From: Balanoglossus misakiensis
Taxonomy: Eukaryota; Animalia; Hemichordata
Assembly: GCA_040954595.2 (NCBI GenBank)
Contig: CM082595.2
Location: 1,364,535 to 1,428,534, forward strand
Direction: 5' to 3'
DNA: 64,000 nucleotides
The position numbers and the translations under genes were made by a program. Under the pieces are notes generated by a model. That model had not been told where the DNA came from, made no database searches, and saw only the letters and a program-made list of their open reading frames with translations. This document shows, piece by piece, positions 25,701-39,100 of the stretch (position 1 is the first letter of the stretch; the number at the start of each line of letters is the position of its first letter).

Positions 25701-27134
25701 CCGACAAGTTCATGTAGTCAATCATGTTTCCATGGTGATTCATGAAGATAGTTGTTTACAAGCACATTGTCAGGTGCAAAGTCCGAGTCCTTACCAGATT
25801 TCAATGCCACCTCTACATGCATTGCACATTGTCTGGTAACTCTATATCAAACTGAAAGAATTTTTGAAAACTTTTGTTGAACTTTTAAGTCTAAATCTGC
25901 AACTAAACACATCCTTAGGGCCATGGTCTTTGTATAAAAGTTCTGGAAATAAGAATCTGAAGTTTGACCACGGCCCCTGGAGGAACCATTAGTTCAACTA
26001 ATCAAAAGCGTCGGGATGTCTGTATCAATTCAGGTCAAACACTTGACAATGGACATTTCCAAAGGGTTGTTTGTCTCCAATTGTAAATTACTAAACAATG
26101 ACAACAGTCATGGTTATAGCTGCATATTCGGTTATTTGAAAAAATCCTAACAACTACCAAGAGTGGTTGCTACTGACTCCGACAAATTCAAATACTTAAA
26201 AATACAATCTTCACTGTTTTCTGAAGTAGCTTTTGCAATCAAATTTTCCTCCAGTGTGAATCTTTAAGATATGGTATCTGGTTTCTAAGGAGAGCAGTGG
26301 TTGATAGTTGCTATCAGCTAACTGTTTGGTACCAATTAAAGCGAACTACAAGATTTACTGCATTCAAGCTGTTGGTTTTGGTCAAACCTGTAATTAGGCA
26401 GATATCGGTTTGAGTTGTGACCTGTACATTGTGGAGTGCAGCTCAGGGAGAGGCTGGCATTGCAGGGTTTCTGTTGGTATGCTAGAATACACTGTGCCCT
26501 GCATAACTGATCTGTAATCCTTTGATGCATGCAAGAGTTTACTTCCGACTGTATTTCATTTCTTATTCTTTATTCCAATAGCAAACCTGCAGATATAGCA
26601 TCTGTGCACCTGGTTACACCTGTTTAGTAAACTGCTTTCACAAATGAATCGACTAATCAGCAACAATCAAAACATCTGTCACCAGAACAATTTCATTTGT
26701 ACTCGAGTGGAGGTCACTGATACAAACGTCTCCTACCACTTCACTTGGTCAAATACTCTCCTATGTATTTGTCAAGGGTGGTCCATCAAATGTACTTCTG
26801 CATTGAATTGTAGGATGCCTGTGATTAAAGTGATGTTTATGTTGTACTCGTAAGCCAAGTTTACTGTGTTCGGAATCTGACTTGTGCTGTAAGTCTTTTG
26901 ACACTCATGAAAAGCAAATGTCACTTCTCAATGTGGGTGTATTATGGGTGTAGATAATGAGTCTGGCCTGTACCTATATGTCATTGAATTCTGTGACAAA
27001 TGAGGTACCTCCACAGAATTTAATCTGTGCAGGAATGAGTTGTGAATTCATGAGTCGGAATCCACGTGTAAAATTCACACAAGTCTGATGACGATTTTTT
27101 AATCTGGACCAATCTTTTTGTGTTTGTTTTTCAG

Positions 27135-30100
27135 AACATACACCAAGATGCATTGCAGTGGTTGTCAGAGCCCTTAGACACAGCTCAAATACAAACTGAT
27201 TCAGCTACAACGATGGCTTACCGGTACGACAGTACATCATCATTACATCTGACAGATTTGCAGAGCACCAAAGACTATGCAGGTGAGATCCGAATAAATA
27301 ACTGCCTCACTATTGTACTGGAAAAGAGAAAATTTCCGGTGTCAGTTTTAAAAACAAAACCACACTTGTAAAGAAAGATCACATGGTTGTATAATTACTT
27401 GTCAGTCATGCATCATTTTTCCCCCTCTTTCTAGGAACTGGGTTGTCGCCAACATCTTGCCGCTCAACTAGTAACGTACGCGATCCAAGACGCCAGCCTT
27501 ACTTTGGATATGAACCATCTAACACCACTACAAGCCGAGATGAGCTTTTCCTGATCCCTGGACAGGAAAGTTTAATGCATTTACCAGCTCAGAGTCGATT
27601 CAGCTATGCCTATGGTGAAACAGCACTGCACAAGTACGGGCATGATGATGCTCAGTATGATTACATGCCACAACCGAGAGTACAACACAAAAGCCCTCAG
27701 AACACACCAGGAAGTCGATATAGTTATGTAGAACCCAGTAGAAGTCAGTATAGTCGCATAGAATCCCCCAGAGGTGGATATAGTTATGTAGAACCTCCTA
27801 GAAGTCAATATGATGAAGATAGAGATAGATCTTTTGATAGTTCTAACTATGGAAGTACTACCTATGGGGATGATCCTTATTCCACTGAAAGACATACAGA
27901 GGGATATGGTAGGGAATATTCCCACAATCATGACTTGGAATATAACAAAGGAAGAGCCACGGAATTACAAGGAGTGTCGGACTGGAAGGGAGAGACCAGG
28001 ACAGATCAAAGAAGGAGCCACAGAGATATGGATGAATTTCGGAGTTCAAGAGTCGGTACAGATCATAGACATTCACACAGACAGTCACCTCTACCAACAT
28101 ATGGCGATGTGACTGATGCCAAGCCTTATGGAAATATAACTGATGTAAGAACACCCAGATCTGTCACCAGTGTTACAGATGATCGCGCAAACTCCTACAG
28201 ATCAAAGTATGGACTCCATTCCGATGCAGCAGTACTTGGAGATGTGACTGATTGCGGTCTTCTGAGCAGAGATGCACCACATGTTAGAAGTCATGGCCGT
28301 CCAGTAGACAATGAGACATACAGTTATAGCTCTCAGTCTAACACAGCTGATCATAGACAAGCACCATCTAAATATGATCATAGACTCACACATGATCAAG
28401 TAAATGGTTACCAAAGCCACTTCGAGACAGGTGGCACTCGGAAGACAGATGGTCAACAAATGTCTCCCAGTTACGTTGCACCACCAGCATACAAGAAACC
28501 ATCAGGCAGATCCCATATCAGCTCAGATAGCCACATCAATGACATCCCAGGGTACAAGAGTTCCACACTAGGTTCTGCTAATCAGGAATACACATATCAA
28601 CCAACTGGTCCTACACAAACAGACAGATGGAGAGATCACACAGTACATCCTGTCCAAACAGGGGAAGGAAGTGACATCAGGTATTCTCCAGACAGTCAGT
28701 TGAATATCTCTGGAAGTTCAGACGGAAAATCGTACAACAGCGCGACATCAGCCGACCGATCGCCACAGGAAAAGACTTGGACTTACAGCGGTGCTTTTGA
28801 ATCAGGTGATAGAGACAATGCAATGAACACAACATCTAATCGTACCACTGCAGTGCCACAATTTTCGACTCATCTTCCCAGTGCAGCCATCGAAAGTCAT
28901 GAAGATTTGCTGCAGAAATCCAGACTGTCATCGTACGGTGTCAAAATCAATGGGGATTCTCAGCAAAGAAGTTACACTGCTAGGAGTCCAAGTCCAAGTT
29001 TCACAAGAACTCAGGATACACAGTCAGATTTCAAGACTCGGCCCTACGACCAGCATAGTCATCTTACTCCAAGAAGCCAAAGTCCTCTGTTTTCTTCAAC
29101 ACAACCAACCAAGCCACTTTCTGTTAATAAAAGTTACAGTGAAACCCATACAGGCTCAGTAGGTACTCACAGCGGAGAATACAGAAGTCATGGGTATGCC
29201 AAGACCGGGCCTGTTGACACTCATGACAGAGAGTATAACAGTTCCACCCAAACGAGTCCAAAAGGTTCTCACGATTTGGAGAGGAAAAGTCATACGTATG
29301 CCCAAACAAGTCCGCCAAGAACTCAGGATCGAGAACACAAGCTTCTCAGCTACTCTGGAACAAGCCAGGTGGGTTCTCGAGATGAAGGATACAGAAGCCA
29401 CACCTATGCCCAGACAAGCCCTCGAAGCTCTCAAAATGGTGGGGTTAAAAGTTCTCCCTTGAAGTCAAGCCTTAGAAGTCCCAGTCCATCCAACCTGTCG
29501 TCGGGATCTCCGAGATCTTCGACGTCAGAAAACCAACGAAATTGTGGATCACATGTGAAGTTTGAAACTGATGAAAAAGAAAACATACAAGACCATCATC
29601 AGAAGAGTTACAACCGCAGCTATCTTCATGATGAAAATGAGCGTAGCAACAGTTTCCATGGTGACAGCCCTCGAGGACTAAAGATCAGTGATCTTCAACC
29701 AAATCATGAAGTTTCATCACCAGTAAGGAAATCTACATATTCAACATTGGGGAGAAGTAGGCATGGTTCCAGTGATAGTCTGAGACAGTCCAATGTGCCA
29801 ATTTCGCCTTCAAATCTGTCCTACGGAAGAAGCCAGTCTCTGGAGAGAGTTTATGATGGAAAGTCATCCGAAGCTAGTCGTAGTGTGGGACCGCTGACAT
29901 CATCCATGAAAATGACATCATCACGAGAAATATCAGCCACAGCATTGCAACAGTTCAAGAAAAGAATATCCAAATCTCAGGTGAGTCTTGAAAAAAAAAT
30001 TAAGTAAACTTTGCAGTAAAAAGATAGTATAAGAAATGCTTGATATGAAATTCTTCTAAAGGGAAATAATGTGTGTATACCACAACTGAAGTCAGTACTA

Positions 30101-33100
30101 TCTTGAGGGAAGTGATATCGATTCTTGGGTCGAAGACTGAACTGGTTGCTCGGGGCAAAACTTTAATCATCATCTCACATCCATAAATCTCAACACCCTG
30201 TTCTTGTACTTTCAGGTCCAGACCAACGTGCCAACCTACTCATCGACATTTTTGTTGAAGTCTGGTGGTCATGGCAACAAGCCCATGAAGACGCCATCGA
30301 CGTTTGCAGTCAGGTAAGAAATAATTATTTCGTGATTTCCAGAAAATCGAAAGTGAACACTAAATAAATGCAAATAATCTTGTGAGAGAAGAAAGTGAAC
30401 AAAATAGAAGTACTAGATTTGTCTCTAATAGAATAGAATTATATTGAAATATGTAATGGTCCATAGTTCTCATAATGTATGAGCACTACAAGATCCAGCA
30501 AGAGGGCTGGTTGGGTAATGTCTGTGTTACATAGAGGCCTCGTGACGGAACACAGAATAGGCAAGATGTTGGGATGTTTGATATAGTGTTGTTATCTGTA
30601 CACTTTGACAGATAACAAAGACAAGCATCCAGCCTTGGGCTGCAACTATCAGTCACTATTTCTTTGAAAAGAGTTTGGAATGTTTATGAATAGTCAAGTG
30701 GGCTTAGCTTGTTAGGTTGATACTGCGTCAACAAACTGTTGGCAGTGTGTTCTGTCACGTTGTGCGTCATTCAACCATGTCTGTGTTAGGGGGGAACGAT
30801 GAGATTGGAGGGGGAGGTGCTGGATGACATTGGTACGGTAACAAAATCAAGGAGGGTGATTTTATGGTATGCGGTCACCTACACAAATTTGTGTCCAGTT
30901 ACATGTATAATGGAAAGTTGAGATATAGCCAATCACAGATTTTCCCTCATCTTAAAAGGTTCCTCCCTAAATGCTTTGACCATTTCACCTTGCACAGATC
31001 TCACAAGTACCAAGCTCTCTAGTTTGACAATAATCCCTGCATTGTATTGGAGTGACGCTACTTAGCAAGAAAATGAAACTCTTCTCAGATACTCTCAAAG
31101 TTTGATTTGACAAAACAACTTCAAGTGATTCAAATTATCATGGCGTTGCAAAATGCGTAATACTATCACTAGTAGTAAGATCTTTTTAAATCACAAAGTA
31201 GGATGGCAAACACTACTGGAATCCTGGTACAGAATTCTCTCCAGATGTTTAAATTATCAATTTGAAACTAAACTAGACAAAATGATAAATGATGAACTAA
31301 AGTGAAAATTTCTAGTCAGATGCATTCACAACTGAGAAGTTTGCAAGAGGTCAAGTCAAAGCTTGTCTGTATTGAAATCCAACAGCTGTGTTTTATCATT
31401 GTAAACTCACGGCCAACTCAAGCCACGCCAAATACAACCACTAAATGCAAACAGTGTTTGGAGTGAGGGAAACAAAAACAGACATGCAAAATACAATGTG
31501 CGGGTCAACAAAGAGATTGGAATGCGGTGAAGAAATCTGAGGCATTGTTTGGTTTAAGACAATAGAGGGAAGCTACTGACTGAGATGCAGTTGTTCAGAA
31601 GGTTTGAGCTGAAACACGGAGATGTGTGACTGATCGAGAAACTGCAGATTTTTTCTGTTAACTATTATTTACAGTGAATTTGGGAAACTGAAATCCTTGC
31701 TATGCCCATTTTCTGCCAGTTATCAGATAAGATAGGGACAAATAGGATCAGAGTTTATTAACACTATGGTCTGTTGGAACACTGAGCAGATCTTTTTTAT
31801 ACTGAAGTACTGATGTATCATAGTTGATTAAACTTTCCTCTGATTCTTTAAAATTTGAAAACCGGCCTTCACTTTGGATTCACCAGGTGCGAGTTATCAG
31901 CGTGTTAAACATTCTGTTGTCATGGTGACTACAATGGGGTGTAGAATATTCCACCTGAATGGGGGGTTTTGGCACCTTCCCAACACCAGCACACAACGCT
32001 CATAATGATGATGTAGTGGTTTCAAGTGCCCACTTGCCAATCTTATCACTATGTTAGCTTTGCCCCAATTGGCTGAGATTCTCCTTACTCAAAGATGCAA
32101 TTACCTTTCGACCAATGGTTTGTTCACTTGTATATCATACTGTAGCCAATATCCAATTCTTCGCTGATGCTGTCATGGAAACCCAATCTATGTTTGTGTT
32201 TCATTGTGGACTTTGTACATTTTAAATCACCCGCAAATGGTCTTCAAGAAGAACTTTTTGCAATTGGCGTTAAGGGGTGAAAATTACTTGAAAGTTTTTG
32301 AGCATTTTGTGGCTTCTTGGTATATTTTAAAGTGACCGTGTTGAGGATTAAGATATGTCCATATCCAGTCTTCGATGTTCGTCTGGTATCATTGTGGAGT
32401 ACATTGCGATAAATCCCTTCATCAATGCGATATCAAATCCACCAGGCAATCAATATATTACATTGATTGCATCATTCTTGTCTGTAATTAATAAATCCAT
32501 GATCAATATTATTGATTGTGGTTTCTTTGTTATTCACAGTTGATAAATTCTTCAAGAATGTGAAATCCCCTGGTCTCTATCAAATCATGTCTGATACACG
32601 CACAATGCTTTTTGGCATAATGAAGCCATCATAGATGTAACTCTTTTGTACACTTTGTTTTTTTCATGTTTTTTGGGCTCTTTCGAAGTTCGCAAACATT
32701 TATTGTTCTACAGAAGTTTGGTCAAGGTTTTCACCAAGTCTTGGGTTGGGCACACAGTGAACCTGAGTTCACTTGTTTGCTTTCTGCCAAAGGACAAGGT
32801 CTGTGACACGTACTTAAAAGTAAAGTTGATATGTTGTTGATAGTGGTATTAAAGTATTGTCACGCGACAAGGTACAAATCTCTGTACAATGAAAAGTGAC
32901 ACTGAAAAAGTTAAATACGCCCATTAAATGTGGATAGTGGCTTAAACTTTGCCTTCAAGCTTTGCAGTAGAACTCCAAGTGATTCTTTTCATGAAAGATA
33001 CACATCGAAAACTGTTAGTGTGTTACTAACCCTTTCATCACCATGGTTTGGTCCAACTCCGTTGTTTTCAATAGCAGTGCTGGACCTTTATACATGTAAA

Positions 33101-36100
33101 TGGGGGTGGGAGGGTTAAACATGTCATGGAGCAAAAAGTGGGTTTTATGAGATGTACTCTGCCAATGTCCACTCCATTTCTAGTAGCGAGGTGTACCTTT
33201 ACTGGTAATGAAATAAATAAAAATCAAAGCAGAGAGATTAGAGTACAGTGAAGTTGCTGTAGACATACCAATACTACAGGTAGTAATACCTGTATCAACA
33301 TTTCCCCAACTCTGATTTTTGTGGCATGTTAACCTCAGAATATGAAATCTGTGCTGGATATGTATTTTATCATGATAGGATACTGATCCCGTATCTGTTA
33401 TATCTATTGTACAGCTCAAGAGAGAGTCAGAATTTGAGTGCGAGTGGTGGAAGGTCTACACCCATCCATCATGGGATGAAGACATCTAGCCGTATGGCGT
33501 CTGCTTTGTGGGCGATGAAGTTGCTGGAACTGTTGCATAGCAACCCAGCTAGCAACCACGAAGAACTGGTTGTAAAGGCAAGGTGGTTCAGGAAGTGGTA
33601 TGTCAATGTCCGTGTCATCAAACGACTCAGGATGGAAGAAAATCAGAAAATGGAACAGTAAGTACTAATTTCTGTATGTGTACATCAAAAAGCGCTGACA
33701 GACCTGTGGATGCAAAACAGGCAAAGCAACCAGAGTACGGAACCACTAGATAACTACCAGATTATTTTGGTACCGAAGACCTTAATATTTAACAGGTTAT
33801 TTTTTACTCGCTCAATACAGGGCCACAAACTTCTGTAGGAGGAAATTACTTGAAAAATGTCTGTCAGGCTGGAGGAATGAAGTAACAACGAAGGAAGATG
33901 CTGCCGATAGATTGCATCAGAAACACATGTTAACCAAAGGATTGGTCGGTTTGAAATATGCTGTGAGTCACCGAATGCACCAATCAGAGTCTGTTGCCTT
34001 GCAGAAGAGAAACAGGATGCTGCTCCAACACTTTGATACAGTGAGTAAAACAAGGCCTAATAAATTTCCATGATCTGTTATTTTTGGCAATTCACTCCCC
34101 GCAGGGACAATTTGATAAAACTGGTCACTGATCGGATTCTATAGTTTGTAAAAAATGTGATATTAAAGTCATAGAAACTATAAAAGGATGGTCAGTCACA
34201 TTTTATACCAAGACATACTTTCCTTTCGAAAACATCAGTGTAAGAGAGACCAACTTGTCAGAAATTTACCACAAGTGGCATTTAAAGTGTTCTGCCCCCA
34301 AATCTTTTCATAAGAATTTGAAGTGGATGTCAGGAATGTGTCACTATTCTGAGTGTCTGTATGAGGATCTGTAGTTTCCTGGTGTGTTAGAAGTATTTCT
34401 CCTCAAGAGTGTTTACTTTCATCTGACATTTTCTGTTGTGAAGCTCTTCTGTATTCCTCCCTGTTCTTTGGAGATTTCTCTAATAATCAGTGGTTGCTAA
34501 GTAACTATTTACGTTTTGCCCGGTAGTTACTAAGCTACATAGTTTCTAAGTTACCTGTTTACAGCTTCATTAAGTAGAAAGTTACGGTTCAATTTTCATT
34601 GTGCTAAAGTTGCCATGTAACTGTTATTTGTATTTATGTTGGTTTCCTAGTTGACTTTGTTGATTTTTCTGTCTTATTTCTTATTTCTCAGTGGAAATCC
34701 AATTTCCAAGAACAAAGACACCATACCCTTCGTCAGGCCTTCGTTACTTGGCAACAGTTGAAACTTGATACAGATCGATGTAAAGAATTGTCAGAGAGAA
34801 CAGACAAACGTAGAATGACAAGCGCTTTCATCTCCTGGAGAGATAAACATGACACAACACAGAAAGATGGGTTAGCTGCGTTGCATTATAAGTAAGTATA
34901 TTTGAAGCCATAGATTGGTTGCATATCATATAAAACTTAGACTCTGTGGTTAATACCATGTCACAAATCTTGTTAATTTTTCTTGCAGAGTAAATCTTCT
35001 TTCCAAAGGTCTTCAACACTGGAAACTATACACTGCTGGTAGACGGGTGAAGACAACACAGAATGAAATGGCAAGGGTCTACTTTGGAGAGAAAACACTG
35101 GCAAAATTCTTCACTCAGTGGAAAACAGAACATCAGAAGCAACAAATGGCTGAAAAACACCACAGGCAAGTTTCTTACAAGTTATGTCTGATTTTATTAT
35201 GACCTGCCCTCTCTATGTTTCGTCTCACTGTGTAATATGTTCATGCATTGTGAGCAAGGGTAGATGAATGTTTGAAGCAAAGACCAGTCTTATCTGCAGG
35301 GACATCACGCAAATGACTAGAACACCCTCAAAAAGTATTCTGTCACAGGTGGGGCTGTTAGAGAACACTGCATGAAAACTAATGTCACAGCGTCCCCACT
35401 GGTGATTTATGTTCTCCTTTCGTTCTTTCTTTCCTTCTACAGTGCCCATCTTCTGTCATTGACGTTCAATGGTTGGAAGAGAAGCATGTCTGTATTGAGA
35501 GCAGAGCGCCACCATGACATAAGTACAGCCAAAGAATTCCACAGAAATGCACTTCTGAAAATCTACTTCGTGCAGTGGAATGTGAAACTCAAAGAAACTT
35601 TGATTAAAAAACTGATGGCCAGAAATAGACTCAAGTATGTATGACCAAGAACTTAATTCAAAATTGCAAAACTGTTTTAGCAATTTACACACCTCAAAAA
35701 TGTGAGAAACAACAACCGAAGACATGACATGTAACTCTGTCAAAAAATGTCCTTATTTTGATTTTGATTTTTTTATGTATTCCAGACATTTCTTTGAAGT
35801 TTGGTATCTGAAACAACAAAGAATCAGCATTCAACGACAGATCGAAGAATCCATGGCGAGAAAGACACTGAAGAGACAAACACTTTACACATGGCTGGTG
35901 AATGTTCGCAAACAGAAAGAACAAAGAGAGAAATTTGTGGCTGTTCTGGAACGGTTCCATCTCAGACAAGCTTTGAATGACTGGAGACAATTTACAAATT
36001 TCAAGAAACAACTCAGGTATGTGGATTAAGAAGGCGCCCTTCCAAGACGACGCAAAAACGAGGCCAGTAAGAATTGGAGTGAAAGGCTTAATGCACATAT

Positions 36101-39100
36101 ACATTGCACAGGGACTGTACCAAAGTGGCCACTATATAGAGGTGACCCTATATATAGGTATAGCCACTAACACAGGCTTGACTGTAGAAGTATCTGTTTA
36201 TATATTTTCAGGGAAAAAATGCATGATTATCAAGCAGTACGGGGTGATAGACTTATCTGTAAGTGTTACCTGAAATGGCGGAAGTTGTTCAGTGTCCGTC
36301 TTGAGCAACAACACGCCAGACAGATGTGGTCTGAACAGTGTGCCTTGAAAGCCTACGATTGCTGGAAGGATTTTGTGAGAAGACGAAGACTTGAATACAC
36401 ACTTGCCAGGACTCAACCGATCAGAGACACAAATGTTCTCAGAGGTCAGTAACATAATCTTAATGGTAAGGTTGGACCTCTAAAAAGGGAACTGGGGGTG
36501 AAAGGGTTATGCTAAGAATACTTGAGGGAGAGAGAGTGAGAGAGAGACTGTATTTGTATCAGAAGAACCCTGTGTTCCGTGCTCAAAATGTGGTTAGCCA
36601 TAGGACTGGTGACTTCTCATGAAACAGTCTGTATATTAATGTCATTTTAATATAATTTCTTTCTGCTTATAGGTGCCTTCATGGTCTGGTTGAAGGCGAA
36701 ACAACAAGCGGACTGGGACCACAGACGAGTAGAATCTGTACAGCTGATATTGGAACATAATTGCATGCATAGAATTCTCGCCGAATGGAGAATCCTGACC
36801 AAACAGAGTAAAACAATCCAACCGTTTGTAGAAAGACGACATAGAAAACTAGTTGTACGGTATGTGGACAATTTATCTCACAGTCAGTTTTATGTGCAGA
36901 GGCTGTGAAGTCTCCAAGATCTGACAACTCTGTTATAACAATGACACACCAGGATAATTGATAATTTGTATTTTTCCGTTTTGCAGTATGTTTGATGCCT
37001 GGAGATCGGTTATTCTACGCAAACATCAAGGTCACCATCACTACGCCAGTCAACAACAACAAAAACTGAATGGGGCTTTCACTGAATGGAAGTAAGTTCT
37101 GACAACCGACGACCCTACAATTTATCTTTTGTTTTTCACTGTCACTGATTATTTCTTTGATATTCTACTTTGGTATGTTAAACCTCTCCTCTTTTGGTTA
37201 TTCTTCAAAATGAACACAAGGTTGAGTGAGTAAGTTGGAAGGGTTGATCAACTTCTTGTATCTGAACATTTATATTTGTTTGTCGTGTTCATTAACAGGA
37301 AGAAAGCTGAACAACTACAACGAGAGAAAGAAGCAGCTCAGGAAATCTTGCAGAATAAACTGCGACGATGTATGCAAGGCTGGCATGGTGTAGCACAGAG
37401 AAGTGTTCAGTGTAACATGTTTGTGGAACAAAACGATCACAGCAAACTGCAACAATCTTTTGAGAAATGGAGACAATCATGGGAAGATATTGTGGAGAAA
37501 AGAGATGATGATGAAGCCAAAGATGTAAGTTAACCCTTTCTACACTATGGTTTAGTCCAAACCCATTGTTTTCTGTGGTAAGGGTGGACCTCGAAACTGG
37601 GAACTGGGGGTGGAAGGGTTAATATCAGAAATATTTCTTTTCCCTGTTTACTTGTCTGAACAAAAACAAATGTTGAAAAAAAGTTATCTTTCTGATGTTT
37701 CAGGCTCAGGGTCAGATTTTACGAAGTGTGTACATGAAACGGTGGCAGACAAGTCTAGCTGAAGAGAAAGCTAAGAAAGATGAGTGTGTACGAGCATTTG
37801 GAGAATATCAAGATCTGAATTCAATGAAGTCCGCATTCTTCAATTGGAGAAGGCAGTATATGTCAAGTCAAGTTGCCAAGTAAGCTTTTCTTTATTCTTG
37901 TTCATCTTTTTCTATGTCAGCATGAAAAGAAACACAGACTCTAAGAATTGCAAGTGTTTTAAAGTTTTTAATAAATACAAACCGTTGATTTCTCTTCCTT
38001 TTTCAGAGAATACCATGATGATTTACAAACACGTCTGATGGGTCGTGTCATGCAATCATGGAATGAACACACCAAGCAGTCTTTCCAGGATTCTGTCGAC
38101 AAATTTGTGGTGAGTCTTGGAGGTCCAAGTTCACCAACACTGAGTTTAGACTCCAGCCTATCACAGTCCAGTGCTAGCCACCTCTCAGAAGCCATGTCGC
38201 ACAGCAGTGGTTTCCATAGCAACGTTCCTCAACCCTCCACTTCCAGTAGCAACAACGGTCACCATGGCATCCACATAGAGGGCGGTGTCGTACTCCCGGA
38301 GGAGCCGTATCGATGGGAGGGCATCGGAATATTCCCGAAGACTTCCAGTATAAGAGCAAGATCGGACTCTTTCCCAAGTTTGTACTCGGATTCATTGCAT
38401 GTGGAGGTGCCACAGAGCAAACAGGTGAGGGGTGACATTTCAATCCCTAGAACTGATACTCAAAGATTGCACATCAAACAATAGTTTCAATGCATGTTAA
38501 CACAACTTTGCAGCAGTATTTTTTTTACTCTAAATACTTAAATTTTTAACATGTTTCTCTTTTAATTTCCATGGATGAAATCAACCCCATTTTGTCAAAA
38601 TCACTAGGAAACATGCAGAGCATCTCTGACAATTGGCCAGTTTCACGTGTATGTTGATCTGAGTAACAAAGCGAACAAGCTGATAACATTTGCCAGGCAA
38701 TAATATTCATGCTACTTGCTGTTACTCGACACTCATAGTCTCTGAACTTGTGAAAAATAATTATAAACCAGAGTCTCTTTGTAATTTTCATCCAAGGCTA
38801 TGATGCGAAGAGTGATTCTACACTGGAAATTGTGGCCTGCAAGTACAGCATTCCGTCAGTGGTTGGAGTTCACCAGAAAACAGAAGAAACTTCGAGAACT
38901 TCGATATAGGACGGAGTATACATGCATCATCCTGACTCTGAAACAAGGCTTTGAGATTTGGAAGAGGCACTACATGGCAGCTGTGATGGCCAAGAGACAT
39001 TGGGTAAGGTTGAAAGCTTTTGCAGGCAACATAGGGAAAGAAAATACAATCACAAATTCAAAATCAGATATCTGAAGGATTTGGGATAAATCTGTAATAG

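Noticed and set aside
10600-27100. Numerous 60-150 aa ORFs in the large intron, as a nested gene or retroelement
   Set aside because: I found no recognisable domains (RT, transposase, integrase) and no consistent exon chain; the composition is typical of random AT-rich ORFs.
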